Shown here: positions 51,168-64,000 of the stretch, piece by piece
How positions within the stretch are numbered: position 1 is the stretch's first letter
How the letters are laid out: every line of letters starts with the position of its first letter
The notes under the pieces: model-generated
What the model was told of the DNA's origin: nothing
Databases searched by the model: none
The model's input: the letters and a program-made list of their open reading frames with translations, nothing else
Source: Octopus sinensis
Taxonomy: Eukaryota
Direction: 5' to 3'
DNA: 64,000 nt
Assembly (NCBI RefSeq): GCF_006345805.1
Contig: NW_021832281.1
Coordinates: 1 to 64,000 of the forward strand
Translations under genes and position numbers: made by a program

Positions 51168-52939
51168 CTTAAATACATATACTTTTAAAATCAAAAATAC
51201 ATAAGTAGGTAAACTATGCATGTATACCCTCATCAACATACATATTCAAATATGAATCATTATATATATATATAATAAAGGGTAAAATTAATTAATTAAT
51301 AATCTTACCAAGTAGCTTGGTATGTTAAAAGAACCATTATTGGTAAACTTATACAAAAATATATATATGTATATATATATATACATACACACATACATAT
51401 TTACATTTACAAGACAATTATTTATAATATTGGCAAAAAGCTGTGATTTTTCTCCCCCTTGTTCTCTTCATACAGCCCCCACCCCTGCATCTGCTGAGGT
51501 CCAACCATGACCCTCCCACACCTCTCTATCACATTCTTCATCAAAACACCATTTCCCACTTTTTTTCTTTTTCTTCCCCTCCCCCTCTGTTTTTAATCAG
51601 AAAATAACATTTCTCTCTCAGTTGCTGTTCTGACCCCTGTCTTTGCTACCCTCTGGCCCTGCTTTCCATGACGCTCCATGCCTAGTTAATAAACTGACCC
51701 CATCTAAAACCAGCAAGCCAAGTAATTAATACAGGGGCAAGTCCTCCCATCTTTATTTTTTTTCCCCACCCCTTTTAAATTGTATAGCTTTTAGGCCCTC
51801 TTCTGCTAATTGAGGGACGCAAACTAGTCAGAAAAAAGGAGGGAGGGACTTGTGTGTATAAATTTTTTTTGTTCTTTATGTCAGATCCCTAGGGCTGGTG
51901 CTTTTGTTTGTAGGGAGAGAAAGAGAGAGAGTTTTGAGTTCTGAGTCCTTGGTTGTTGGCCGCAGGAAGGAACTCGACAGAATCCCAGCAGCAGTGATTC
52001 TCAGTACTGGGTCTTTTAGCAGGAAACCAACAAGAACATGGACCCTGGTGAAAGGACCAGCTGGTATTGTGGTGGGGGCGTGGTGACGGCCATGGGAGTC
52101 GGAGTGTCAAATAACCTGGTCAATGTATTAACCCCCTACCATCCATATTATTTTAGCAAATGTAATCCTTCTTAATTCACATGGTTTTGAATTAATCATG
52201 GATTATCTCATAGCTTTGAGATTTCAGATGATGCGATTGTTTATTTTTAGCATGACATTGTAGGGTAGGTGTGAGAGGCTGGATCTGGCTGGCTTGAACA
52301 CAACACAGGGAGAATATAAGGGCCGGATATAGCTGGTTTAGATGCTAGGGGATTATATATCTATGTATAAGGCAACAAGGGGAACCTCTACGTGGTGGCC
52401 AGCCCTGCTGGAAATAGCAGCCAAGTCCCTCTCAAAACACATATATGTCTTATGTATAATCATATTACTCTGACAAATGTATTGCTTATTTATATTAATC
52501 CTGGATTATCTCATAGCTTTGAGATTTCAAGGACGTGATGGTTTATCTTTAGAATGACATTGTAGGGTAGGTGCGAGAGGCAGGATCTGGCCGGTCTGAA
52601 CTTAACTGGTTGAAATGTTAGGGGGTTAAAAAAGGGGGAGTCTGAGTTTCTAAACGAGGAGATTGATTTGGAAGGGGACGAGAAAAAGGAGTGGGGTAGG
52701 GAGTGAATGAAGCACGTGTGTGTGTGTGGTGGTGGGGCAGGGGTAAAGTGGTAGAAGTGCCACTTCCACTTAAATATATACCTCCTCCCATCCCCCAAGA
52801 GATAGAAGGGAGAAAGAAAAAGTGTAGAAGAGGACAATCATCCCTGAAATATATATTTGAAGGCCCCCTATTTCAGCCCATAACAAACTGGCAGAGTGTT
52901 TGTAGGAGTAGGGCCCAGTTGAAGGGTCTAGGGATATAC

Positions 52940-54115
52940 ACACAATATTTATATAATATACATACATACACACACACATGCATATACACTCATATATATT
53001 CACAATATTTACATAATATATATATATATATACATACATACACACTCATATATACACAATATATATTTACAATATTTATAATATATATATATACATACAT
53101 ACACACTCATATACACAATATATATTTACAATATTTATAATATATATATATACATACATACACACTCATATACACAATATATATTTACAATATTTATAAT
53201 ATATATATATACATACATACACATATACACTCATATATACACAATATATATATATACATACATATACACTCATATATACACAATATATATTCATAATTTT
53301 TATATTATATACATATATACATACATATACACTCACATATATACACAATATATATTCACAGTATTTATATTATATACACATGCACACATCTTTTTTTTTA
53401 TGTGTGTATGTATAATACACATATTTATACTCACATACATATATACACGAGGGGTGTATGAAAAGTGTTGAGCCTCGAAAACGCAAAACATGGTACAAGA
53501 CTTCTGATGAAGATACAAGACTTCAAGTCTCAAAACCTTTCATACACCCCTTCATATATACATCCATACACACACACACACATATATATATGTATGTATG
53601 AAATATATATACATAGGTATCATCAACATTTAACACCTGGTTTTTTTTTTTGTTTCCATGCTGGCATGATATAAGATACATACATACACATTTATGTATA
53701 AAATATATATATATACATACATACATACACATTTATGTATAAAATATATATATATACATACATACACATTTATGTATAAAATATATATATATACATACAT
53801 ACACATTTATGTATAAAATATATATATACATATACATACACATTTATGTATAATATATATATATATACATACATACACATTTATGTATAAAATATATATA
53901 TATACATATACATACACATTTATGTATAATATATATATATATACATACATACACATTTATGTATAATATATATATATACACATTTATGTATAAAATATAT
54001 ACATACACATTTATGTATAAAATATATATATACATACATATACACATCTATGTATAAAATATATACATACATACATATACACATCTATGTATAAAATATA
54101 TACATACATATATAT
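52940..54115. repeat. AT-rich ~60-bp and ~35-bp minisatellites
   Basis: atatacacaatatatatttacaatatttata and tacatacacatttatgtataaaatata units. Confidence 0.8.
53448..53553. mobile_element. Short mariner-type MITE
   Basis: CGAGGGGTGTATGAAAAG...CCTTTCATACACCCCTTC TIR in TA context. Confidence 0.6.
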
Positions 54116-55699
54116 ATATACACACACACACACACAGATTTCTAAGGAAATTTGGCAAAAGGAAGAAGGTTGCTCTTGGAGTTGCCCCTCCCCAAGAGAG
54201 GTGAGAAGGTGAAAAATGAAAGGGGAGCCATGGAGTCCTAATTATTATTATTATGTTTAAGGGCTGCCCAGCACATAATGACAGGGCCCTCATTATCTCT
54301 CCCAGGCCCCTGCTTAGTGTATCAGCTGGAACCCCAGCTATCATTTAGAGGCTCTATATACTGCTGTATGGACATGATATAAAAAAAAAAAAATAGTGTT
54401 TTCCACCCATGGCTATCCTGCCTTTTATTTAGATTCTTTTGGTTTCTTTGTGGGTGCATGAAGGGCAAAAGACAAGCTATAAGGGGCAGTGTCTGTTTTG
54501 AGACAACCTCCACCCACCCGCTCACAGCTGTATTACTTATTGTTCCAGTCAAGGCCAGGCTGGAGCGACTATTTTGACCGATCACGCAGTGTGTCTGGTT
54601 CAACTGAAATTGCCATCGTCGTCCACTGCAGAAGGAGACTGCAAGATGCACGAGGGTGTGACACACTGGGACTTGTTTTGGTGGGTGGGTGGGGGTTTGA
54701 GAAGGGAGTCAGACGAGGACCAAAGTTTCTCGGTGGAAAGGCACCGAAGAAAGGGAGGAGGAGGAGGAGAGGAGGGGGTAGCTATTTTCGATTAAACGTT
54801 TCGGTCTTGGGTGCAAGGGGGGTGGAGAGGAGGAAGAAGAAGAGTAAGGGTGGGGTGCAGGTGGTGAGGAGAGGTGGGGTTGACTTTCTGGTGTCCCCGA
54901 GGGTTGAGGTGACAAGGGCAGGGGCAGGACAGGGTGGAAGCACACAGGCGGTGGGTACCCCCCCGGGTGGTGGTTCACTTACAATAAATACAATAAAATA
55001 CATCAATTCCTATAACGACCACCCGCAGTGAAAACAAGCCCCCCTACCCACTTCCTGTTCCACCCGTCCTGTCCCCCCACCCCTACCGCTGACATAATAA
55101 TAATAATAATGTGCCATACTGTGTAAATAAATAACAGTTTTTGTTTGATGTTGTTGTCGTTGTCGTCGTCTAGAAAAGATGTAACTGTAGAAATGATAGA
55201 CAAAAATGGAATAAAACTATATGGGTTGGTTTGAAAGGTTTACAAATCTTTAAACAAGTAAGCCAAAGGGGGTTGGGAAGAGGATAAAAACAGGGGGTGG
55301 GGACCTATGTGTCTACAGTTTTGTAAATATTAAAATTTTTTTTTTTTTATTTTCTTCACATATTTCTTAATTTCAATAAAATCTCAAATTTTACCTCAAA
55401 AATCCGTCTTTGGCTTCGTTTTTTGATCTTTGCTTTTCTTTTTTGTATTTTTTTTTTCCGTATTTCTTTCTTTCTTTCTTTCATATGTCCGCGTCTTTGT
55501 TGATGCTGTGATGTTCATGCCTTGCTCTAAGGGATTTGATTTTTGATCTTTGCTTTTCTTTTTTGTATTTTTTTTTCCGTATTTATTTCTTTCCTATGTC
55601 CGCATCTTTGTCGTTGCTGTGATGCTCATGCCTTGCTCTAAGGGATTAACAGAAACTGGAGATATGTTAATTTCAAATTTTCTTTTTTCACAAGGCCAG

Positions 55700-57115
55700 C
55701 AATTTCGGGGGGAGGAGGAGGGAAAGTCGATTACATTGACCTCCCCACTTCTGCTCAACTTAATTTATCGACCCCGAAAGGGTGAAAGGCAAAGTTGACC
55801 TCGGCAGAATTTGAACTCAAAACGTAAAGACAGATGAAATACCACTACACATCTTACCTATTTCTTTACTACCCACAAGGGGCTAAACACAGAGAGGACA
55901 GACATAGGTATTAAGTCGATTACATCGATCCCGAAAGGATGAAAGGCAAAGTCAACCTCAGCGGAATTTGAACTCAGAACTTAACAGCAGACGAAATACC
56001 TATTTCTTTACTACCCACAAGGGGCTAAACACAGAGGGGACAAACAAGGACAGACATAGGTATTAAGTCGATTACATCGGCCCCAGTGCGTAACTGGTAC
56101 TTAATTTATCGACCCTGAAAGGATGAAAGGCAAAGTCAACCTCGGCGGAATTTGAACTCAGAATGTAACGGCAGACGAAATACCTATTTCTTTATTACCC
56201 ACAAGGGGCTAAACACAGAGAGGACAAACAAGGACAGACAAACGGATTAAGTCGATTACATCGACCCCAGTGTGTAACTGGTACTTAATTTATAGACCCC
56301 GAAAGGATGAAAGGCAAAGTTGACCTCGGCGGAATTTGAACTCAGAATGTAACGGCAGACGAAATACCGCTAAGCATTTCGCTCGGCGTGTTAACGTTTC
56401 TGCCAGCGCGCCACCTTACACATCTTACCTGGCATGCTAACAATCTGCCAGTTCACCACCCTAATAATAATAATAATAATAATGGTTTCAAATTTTGCCA
56501 GAAGAGCAGAAATTTGGCAGGAAGGGAGTAGTTGATTATATTGACCCCAGTATTTCACTGGTATTATTTTATTGATCCTAAAAGAGTGAAGGGCAAAGTC
56601 GACCTTGGCAGAATTTGAACTCAGAACGTAAAGACAGGTGAAATACCACTCAGTATCTTAACCTGACATGCTAACGATTCTGCCAGCTCATCACCACACT
56701 AATAATGATAATATATTTTTTTTTAATTGCCCACAAGGGGGCTAAACATAGAGGGGACAAACGGATTAAGTCGATTACATCAACCCCATTGCACAACTGG
56801 TACTTAATTTATCGACCCCGAAAGGATGAAAGGCAAAGTAGACCTTGGCGGAATTTGAACTCAGAACGTAAAGACAGACGAAATACCTATTTCTTTACTA
56901 CCCACAAGGGGCTAAACAGAGAGGGGACAAACAAGGACAGACAAAGGGATTAAGTTGATTACATCGACCCCAGTGCGCAACTGGTACTTAATTTATCGAC
57001 CCTGAAAGGACGAAAGGCAAAGTCGACCTCAGCGGAATTTGAACTCAAAACGTAACGGCAGATGAAATACTGCTACGCATTTCGCCCGGCGTGCTAACGA
57101 TTCTGCCAGCTCGCT
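55700..57115 (-). mobile_element. SINE family B tandem array (~7 units)
   Basis: Repeated cagacgaaatacctatttctttactacccacaagggg junctions. Confidence 0.85.
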
Positions 57116-57142
57116 GGTTGTCCGGAATGTTCAGGCTGATTT

Positions 57143-57374
57143 TTAGCCCTTTAGCATTTAAACCAGCCATATCCCGGCCAAAAAGTATTCTGCCTGTTTT
57201 ATGTTCAAACTGGCTAGATCTGGTCTCTTACACCAACCCTACAATATCGTTTTATAAATTAACAGCTACCTCATCCAAAATCTCAAAGCTACAAGATGAT
57301 GCATGATTAGTTCAGAACAATGTGGATAAAAAGGGATTAATTTTGGCAGAATAATAAGGACACTAAAGGGTTAA
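57143..57374. mobile_element. piggyBac-type MITE family P2 (also 28467-28700, 52128-52355; partial 11665-11790, 50490-50632, 52495-52630)
   Basis: TTA(A/G)-CCCTTTAG...CTAAAGGG-TTAA ends, shared body. Confidence 0.72.
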
Positions 57375-58584
57375 AGGAAAGAAAAAGGTCAATAAATACT
57401 TGACATTACATTTTTAATCAACCAAATATGAACCATTTTGTTGCACAAAACGGTTCACAAAATGCCACACAGGTAATATATAGTGAAACAATGTAATAAG
57501 TACTCAGGTTGACTTACCAGCCAAAACTCCAGCCTGGACTGAGACGAAAGCCAAACGAAGTGATGTTACTGCTGCCTAGCAATAATGGGCTTTGGTAGCT
57601 TATCATTGAACAGACACAGCAGAAGGAAAACATGAACAGGCAGAAAGGCTGGTAATCAGTTTAGATTAGGCCATTTGTATATCTAAACTGCAGGTGTGGC
57701 TGTGTGGTAAGTAGCTTGCTTTCCAATCACATGGCACCAGGCTCAGTCCCACCTCCTTTCGTCGAGCAAATCGGCCCCAGGACTTATTCTTTGTAAGCCT
57801 AGCACTTATTCTATCGGTCACTTTTGCCGAACTGCTAAGTTATGAGGACGTAAACACACCAGCATCGGTTGTCAAGCGATGTTGTGGGGACACACAAACA
57901 TATACACACATATGACAGGCTTCTTTCAGTTTCCGTCTACCAAATCCACTCACAAGGCTTTGGTCTGCCCGTGGCCATAGTAGAAGACACTTGCCCAAGG
58001 TGCCACGCAGTGGGACTGAACCCAGAACCATGTGGTTGGTAAGCAAGCTACTTACCACACAGCCACTCCTGCACTTACATATATGACGGAAGGTTTACGA
58101 AAATAAACAAAAGACGAAGGCAGGTGGAGTACAAACAAACAAATGTATTATTATGGCGCTCAGGAATAGAAATAAAACAAGTCTTTTACGTTTCGAGCCA
58201 ATGCTCTTCGACAGAAAGATACACAGGAGAGAAAAAAATTGCGTGTAGGGGCTAACGACCCAACATGGCGTTATATATATAAGTGTGAACAAGAGAGACA
58301 GAGCAAGGCAGAAACAAGGAAAATGCCACTTATATTTGAACACTATACAAATATTCCTTTAAAAAAACTTTTCTTTTAATTTTTCTAAATTTAATTATTT
58401 AATCGTTACAGTTGAAAAGGTCTCAAAATAACTGAAACCGGTATTGAAATGTTTTTTTATAAAATTATTTTAGCATTTTCTATTTTGACTTATTTTTTCT
58501 TATATATATATATATACATATATGAAAAAATAAGTCAAGATAGAAAATGCTAAAATAATTTTATAAAGAACATTTCAGTACTGG

Positions 58585-58619
<35 letters not shown>

Positions 58620-58621
<2 letters not shown>

Positions 58622-59017
58622 TCTTTTACTTGTTTCAGTCATTTGACTGCGGCCATGCTGGAGCACCGCCTTTAGTCGAGCAAATCAACCCCGGGACTTA
58701 TTCTTTGTAAGTCCAGTACTTATTCTATCGGTCTCTTTTGCCGAACCGCTAAGTGACGGGGGCGTAAACACACCAGCATCGGTTGTCAAGCAATGCTAGG
58801 GGGACAAACACAGACACACAAACATATATATATATATATATACACATATATATACGACAGGCTTCTTTCAGTTTCTGTCTACCAAATCCACTCACAAGGC
58901 TTTGGTCGGCCCGAGGCTCTAGTAGAAGACACTTGCCCAAGGTGCCATGCAGTGGGACTGAACCTGGAACCATGTGGTTGGTAAGCAAGCTACTTACCAT
59001 GCAGCCACTCCTGCGCC
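58620..59017 (-). mobile_element. SINE family A, full copy
   Basis: Reverse complement of family A. Confidence 0.87.
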
Positions 59018-59372
59018 TATATATATATGTAATATAAAAATCCCAATTTTAATTCAGTTACCATCACAACTGTCCAAAGAACAGAAACGTAAAATTCTGA
59101 GGAGGTTTTATGAAAGTTTTGCAGCTTAAATAAAAGAAAAATATTGCCTGCGTCATCTGTTCCCTGCATCCGATGCTGACCACCCAGCCAGACTGACTAC
59201 TCATAATGTGTGTATGTTTATCTATGTGTGCTTATGTATATGTATACATATGCATGTATGTGTGTATATGTGGGTGTTAACAGTATTATCAAGGTATGAA
59301 CAGGCAAACAAATCAATTAGTTTAGATTAAGGTATTCATATATACAACTCAGCAATTTTTTATCTCTTAGTT

Positions 59373-59790
59373 AGGCGTAGGAGTGGCTGTGTGGTAAGTA
59401 GCTTGCTTACCAACCACATGGTTCCGGGTTCAGTCCCACTGTGTGACACCTTGGGCAAGTGTCTTCTGCTATAGCCTCAGGCCGACCAAAGCCTTGTGAG
59501 TGGATTTGGTAGACGGAAACTGAAAGAAGCCCGTCGTATATATATATATATATATATCTGTATATATATCTATCTATATATATATATCTATATCTATCTA
59601 TATATTTATATATCTATATCTATCTATATATCTATATATCTATCTATATATATCTATCTATATATCTATATATCTATCTATATATATCTATCTATATATC
59701 TATCTATATCTATATATATCTATATCTATCTATATATATCTATCTATCTATCTATATATATCTATCTATATATCTATCTATATATATCTA

Positions 59791-59833
<43 letters not shown>

Positions 59834-60012
59834 TTGTTCCCCCAACATCGCTTGACAACCGATGCTGGTGTGTTTACGTCCCCGTAACTTAGCAGTTCGG
59901 CAAAAGAGACCAATAGAATAAGTGCTAGGCTTACCAAGAATAAGTCCTGGGGTCGATTAGCTCGACTAAAGGCGGTGCTCCAGCATGGCCGCAGTCAAAT
60001 GACTGAAACAAT
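59373..60012 (+). mobile_element. SINE family A with ~280-bp internal (TCTA/TA)n expansion
   Basis: Halves separated by 59540-59820 microsatellite. Confidence 0.85.
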
Positions 60013-60360
60013 ATAAGACGGGCTTCTTTCAGTTTCCGCCTACCAAATCCACTCACAAGGCTTTGGTCGACCCGAGGCTTTAGTAGAAGACACTTGCCCA
60101 AGGTGCCACGCCGTGGGACCGAACCTGGAACCATGTGGTTGGTAAGCAAGCTACTTACCACACAGCCACTCCTATACATATACATATATACGATGGGCTT
60201 CTTTCAGTTTCCGTCTACCAAATCCACTCACAAGGCTTTGGTCGACCTGAGGCTTTAGTAGAAGACACTTGCCCAAGGTGCCACGCAGTAGGACTGAACC
60301 CGGAACCATGTGGTTGGTAAACAAGCTACTTACAACACAGCCACTCCTGTATATAAATTA

Positions 60361-60985
60361 TAAAAAATGCGTTGGTATGGATGAGGACAGCTGTGTGAAA
60401 AAGTGTCACACCCTAGCAGTTGAGGGAAACCGTGGAAGAGGCAGACCCAGGAAGACCTGGGATGAGGTGGTGAAGCATGGCCTTCGAACATTGGGCCTCA
60501 CCGAAGCAATGACCAGTGACCGAGACCTTTGGAAATATGCTGTGCTTGAGAAGACCCGGCAAGCCAAGTGAGGCCATAACCTCGTGGCCTATGCTATCTG
60601 TGTAACTAGCTTACTTATGCGTTGCTTGCGAAGAATTGCTGAGGCAAGTGAAATCACAATCAAAGTCAATGTGGCCAAAGACAGTACTGCCTGACTGGCC
60701 TTCATGCCAGTGACATGTAAAAGGCACCCACTACACTCTCGGAGTGGTTGGCGATAGGAAGGGCATCCAGCTGTAGAAACTCTGCCAGATCAGACTGGAG
60801 CCTGGTGTCGGTGGCACGTAAAAAGCACCCACTACACTCTCGGAGTGGTTGGCGATAGGAAGGGCATCCAGCTGTAGAAACTCTGCCAGATCAGACTGGA
60901 GCCTGGTGCAGCCATCTGGTTCGCCAGTCCTTAGTCAAAATCGGCCAACCCATGCTAGCATGGAAAGCGGACGTTAAACGATGAT
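60361..60985 (+). mobile_element. 5'-truncated RTE-like LINE: ORF2 C-terminus plus 3' UTR ending (GAT)n
   Basis: MDEDSCVKKC...VEGNRGRGRPRKTWDEVV...LGLTEAMTSDRDLW* then tail ...aggaagggcatccagc...ggacgttaaacgatgat. Confidence 0.8.
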
Positions 60986-61899
60986 TATGATATATATGTG
61001 AAGGCACATATATATATGTATACCACCTGACTGGCCCTCGTGCTGGTGGCACTTAAAAGGCACCCACTACACTCTTGGAGTGGTTGGCGTTAGGAAGGGC
61101 ATCCATCTGTAGAAACTCTGCCAGATCAGATTGGAGCCTGGTGCAGCCATCTGGTTCGCCAGTCCTCAGTCAAATTGTCCAACCCATGCTAGCATGGAAA
61201 GCGAACGTTAAATGATGATAATATATATATACTGCTGGACTGACTCCTGTGCAGGTGGCAAGTAAAGAAACACTGTTTCGACCCTGTGCTTGAGGAGATC
61301 CATTGAGTCAAGTACACCAACATCAAAGTCAATGGAAACTGCAGTTGTGATCCCTGTGCCAGTGGCATGTAAAAAGCACCATCTGAATGTGGCCAATGCC
61401 AGCACTGCCTCGACTGGCTTCCGTGCCGGCGGCACGTAAAATGCACCAATCCGATCGTGGCTGTTTGCCAGCCTCGTCTGGCACCTGTGCAGGTGACATG
61501 TAAAGAGCACCCACTACACTCACAGAGTGGTTGGCGTTAGGAAGGGCATCCAGCTGTAGGAACACTACCAGATCAGACTGGAGCCTGGTGCAGCCTTCTG
61601 GCTTCCCAGATCCCCGGTCGAACCGTCCAACCCATGCTAGCATGGAAAACGGACGTTAAACGATGATGATGAAGATGATACACACACACACACACAGCGA
61701 GACAAAAGTCACGCACCATCGGAGTTAATCAATTAATAAAGTTTTAAATATCTAATTCGTTCCAATGTTTCCTTATTTGCAGAAATAGTTTTGACGAAGT
61801 AAGACAGGTGAAAAACTAACGAAGTATTTATATATAGGAAAACAGGTGCTACTCACAGACCTAAAGCAGGGCAATTCAACATGCAGGCAGAATCCGCAT

Positions 61900-62067
61900 C
61901 GACTTTCAATTGATAAATTGACTTCTGGATGTCTAATTAATCATTTTAAAGAAAGAACTGGAAATGAATGCAGTAAAATAACAGAGGAGACACTCAGACA
62001 TGTTAATGAATCCTGCAGGTACAGAAATGAAATGGGTCATGAAACGGAAAGGGGACACTTTGAATAG
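61900..62067 (+). pseudogene. Possible decayed Tc1/mariner transposase C-terminus
   Basis: KERTGNECSKITEETLRHVNESCRYR...RGHFE* resembles the I..E.L..V....R...C....G.HFE tail (recalled, unverified). Confidence 0.4.
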
Positions 62068-62181
62068 GACATACAATTAAACAAGCATCAAATAAAATTT
62101 TCATGTGTAATTAATTATACTGTTAATAAATTATTCTTATGATATGCAACTTTTGCCTTACCCCATGTATATCTGTCTAGG

Positions 62182-62214
<33 letters not shown>

Positions 62215-62222
62215 TATATATA

Positions 62223-62383
62223 GTGACGTATTTTTGCCATTTCAATATGGCTAACCCCTAAGGGTGGATGCTACTGTAGTTTTTAGCCCCAGGAGGACAC
62301 ACTGTGTGTCCTCCTGGGGCTAAAAACTACAGTAGCATCCACCCTTAGGGGTTAGCCATATTGAAATGGCAAAAATACGTCAC
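62223..62383. repeat. Perfect palindrome, 80-bp arms, 1-nt centre
   Basis: gtgacgta...ggacacac-t-gtgtgtcc...tacgtcac. Confidence 0.93.
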
Positions 62384-64000
62384 GATGTGTTACCGCTACT
62401 GTATATAACTCACTTTGATATTTATCATTATATATATATATACACACACTTTATTTAAAGCAGCAGAAAATTCAACAAAACCTGTTACCCTGAGTTTCAC
62501 GTTGCCGTTCGTCGGAGAGTTTTTGCTATATATATATGTGCCGGTGACACGTAAAAAGCATCATTTGAGCGTGATTGTTACCAGCGTCACCTTACTGGCC
62601 AATGAAGGGAGGTTGGTTCTGGGTGTCAGTCGTCGAATTTGGTTCGATTTCAATTTCACTTGCCTCAACAGGTCTTCACAAGCAGAGTTTTGTGTCCGAA
62701 GAAGGAAAGGCATGCATGAGTGGACTGGCTATATATATACACATATATATATGTATATATATATATATATATATAAAGTTAATCCAAACATGAAAGCACA
62801 AAAATACACAACAACGCGAGGACGTGGAACAAACATAGTACCATTGGACGCTCAGGAAAGAAGGAGGGTTTAACATTTCGAGTGGAGCTCTTCGTCGGAA
62901 ACATAGAAGGAAAGATCCAGAGAAGGGAAGACAGAGGGAAAAAAAAAAAAAATCGCCAACGGTACACACGAGTTCACATTTTGAAAGACCATATATATAT
63001 ATATATGTATGTAAAATTGCAATGTGTATATATACATTTTATATACATCACTGTCATATGTGAAGTTGACACATACAACTGTAGTAGTGTTGACATTAAA
63101 ATCATTCAAACTATATACAATGTTAGTGATGATGATGATGATGATGATGGTGGTGATAGTAATGGTGATGATGATGATGACAAAATGAAGATTCTGAAAA
63201 ATGTATTTAAAACACATTTATTTAAAAAAAAAAGAACAAAAAAAAACCAGAAAATAAACGGAGAATATTAGTAATAGTAGTAATATTGGTGGTGGTGGTG
63301 GTGGTATTTGTGTTTGCAATTAAGAGTAGTTGTTGTAGCAATGTTTTTTGTTGTCTTTTTTTTTTTTCAGAAGGAAGAAGAGACAGAAGAGGAGGCACTT
63401 TTTTTTTTAGTTCCTGAAAAAAGAATAATGAAAAAAAAAAAAAAGAGAAAAAGTATCTTTGTACATAACAATTCGCTCTTGAGACAGAAGAAAGGGGGAG
63501 ATGGGTTTGGGGGGTAGGGGACAGAGAAGGCCTCATTTTTGGGGAGGGAGTAGGGGTTTCAGGAGTCAAGGGTGAGAGATTGCTGGTGGGTTGGCAAGGT
63601 TTCTTTTTTTTTCTTTTCTTTTTTCTTTCTTGCTTGTTTCAGTCACTTGACTGCGGCCATGCTGGAGCACCGACTTTAGTCAAACAAATCGACCCCAGAG
63701 CTTATTCTGCGAAAGCCTAGTTCTTATTCCATCGGATCTCTTTCGTCGAACCGCTAAGTCACGGGGACATAAACACACCAACATCGGTTGTCAAGCGATG
63801 GTGGGGGGACAAACAAACAAACAAACACACACATATATATATATATATACCCGATGGGCTTCTTCCAGTTTCCGTCCACCAAACCCACTCACAAGGCTTT
63901 GATCGGCCCAAGGCTTAAGTAGAAGAGAGACATTTGCCCAAGGTCCCACGCAGTGGGACTGAACCCATGACCATGTGGTTGCTAAGCAAAATTTCTAATC

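Noticed and set aside
54489-55031. 180-aa + strand ORF and overlapping minus-strand ORFs
   Set aside because: Low-complexity G/R or P/S composition, no recognisable domain or splice chain
63000-63600. 3' end of a convergent gene (minus-strand AATAAA at 63217-63222)
   Set aside because: Only compositional hints in low-complexity DNA; no linked exon identified

Overview
Eukaryotic, AT-rich, microsatellite- and SINE-dense genomic DNA. The repeat families look like Octopus/coleoid cephalopod repeats (recalled, not searched). One protein-coding gene is recognisable: a + strand ULK1/ULK2 (Atg1/unc-51) autophagy kinase. I reconstructed it by hand as 26 GT-AG exons from 5654 to the TGA at 47531-47533. 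They total 2688 nt (895 aa plus stop) with every splice phase consistent. The N-terminal exon(s) carrying the ATG and Gly-rich loop lie upstream of the window. The rest is intronic or intergenic: several tRNA-head SINE families, RTE LINE 3' fragments, piggyBac-, hAT-, Tc1/mariner-, Mutator- and Helitron-type non-autonomous elements, minisatellites and several long fold-back palindromes. Almost all supplied ORFs are microsatellite or SINE artefacts. Most interesting: (1) a type I hammerhead-ribozyme fold with palindromic stem III, bracketed by perfect 120-bp inverted repeats, in the sense strand of a ULK intron; (2) a ~200-bp TA-associated repeat family carrying minimal hammerhead-like cores with covarying stems; (3) oppositely oriented arrays of a ~120-bp satellite flanking an in-frame 780-nt ULK exon block; (4) SINE concatemers joined at one recurrent junction.
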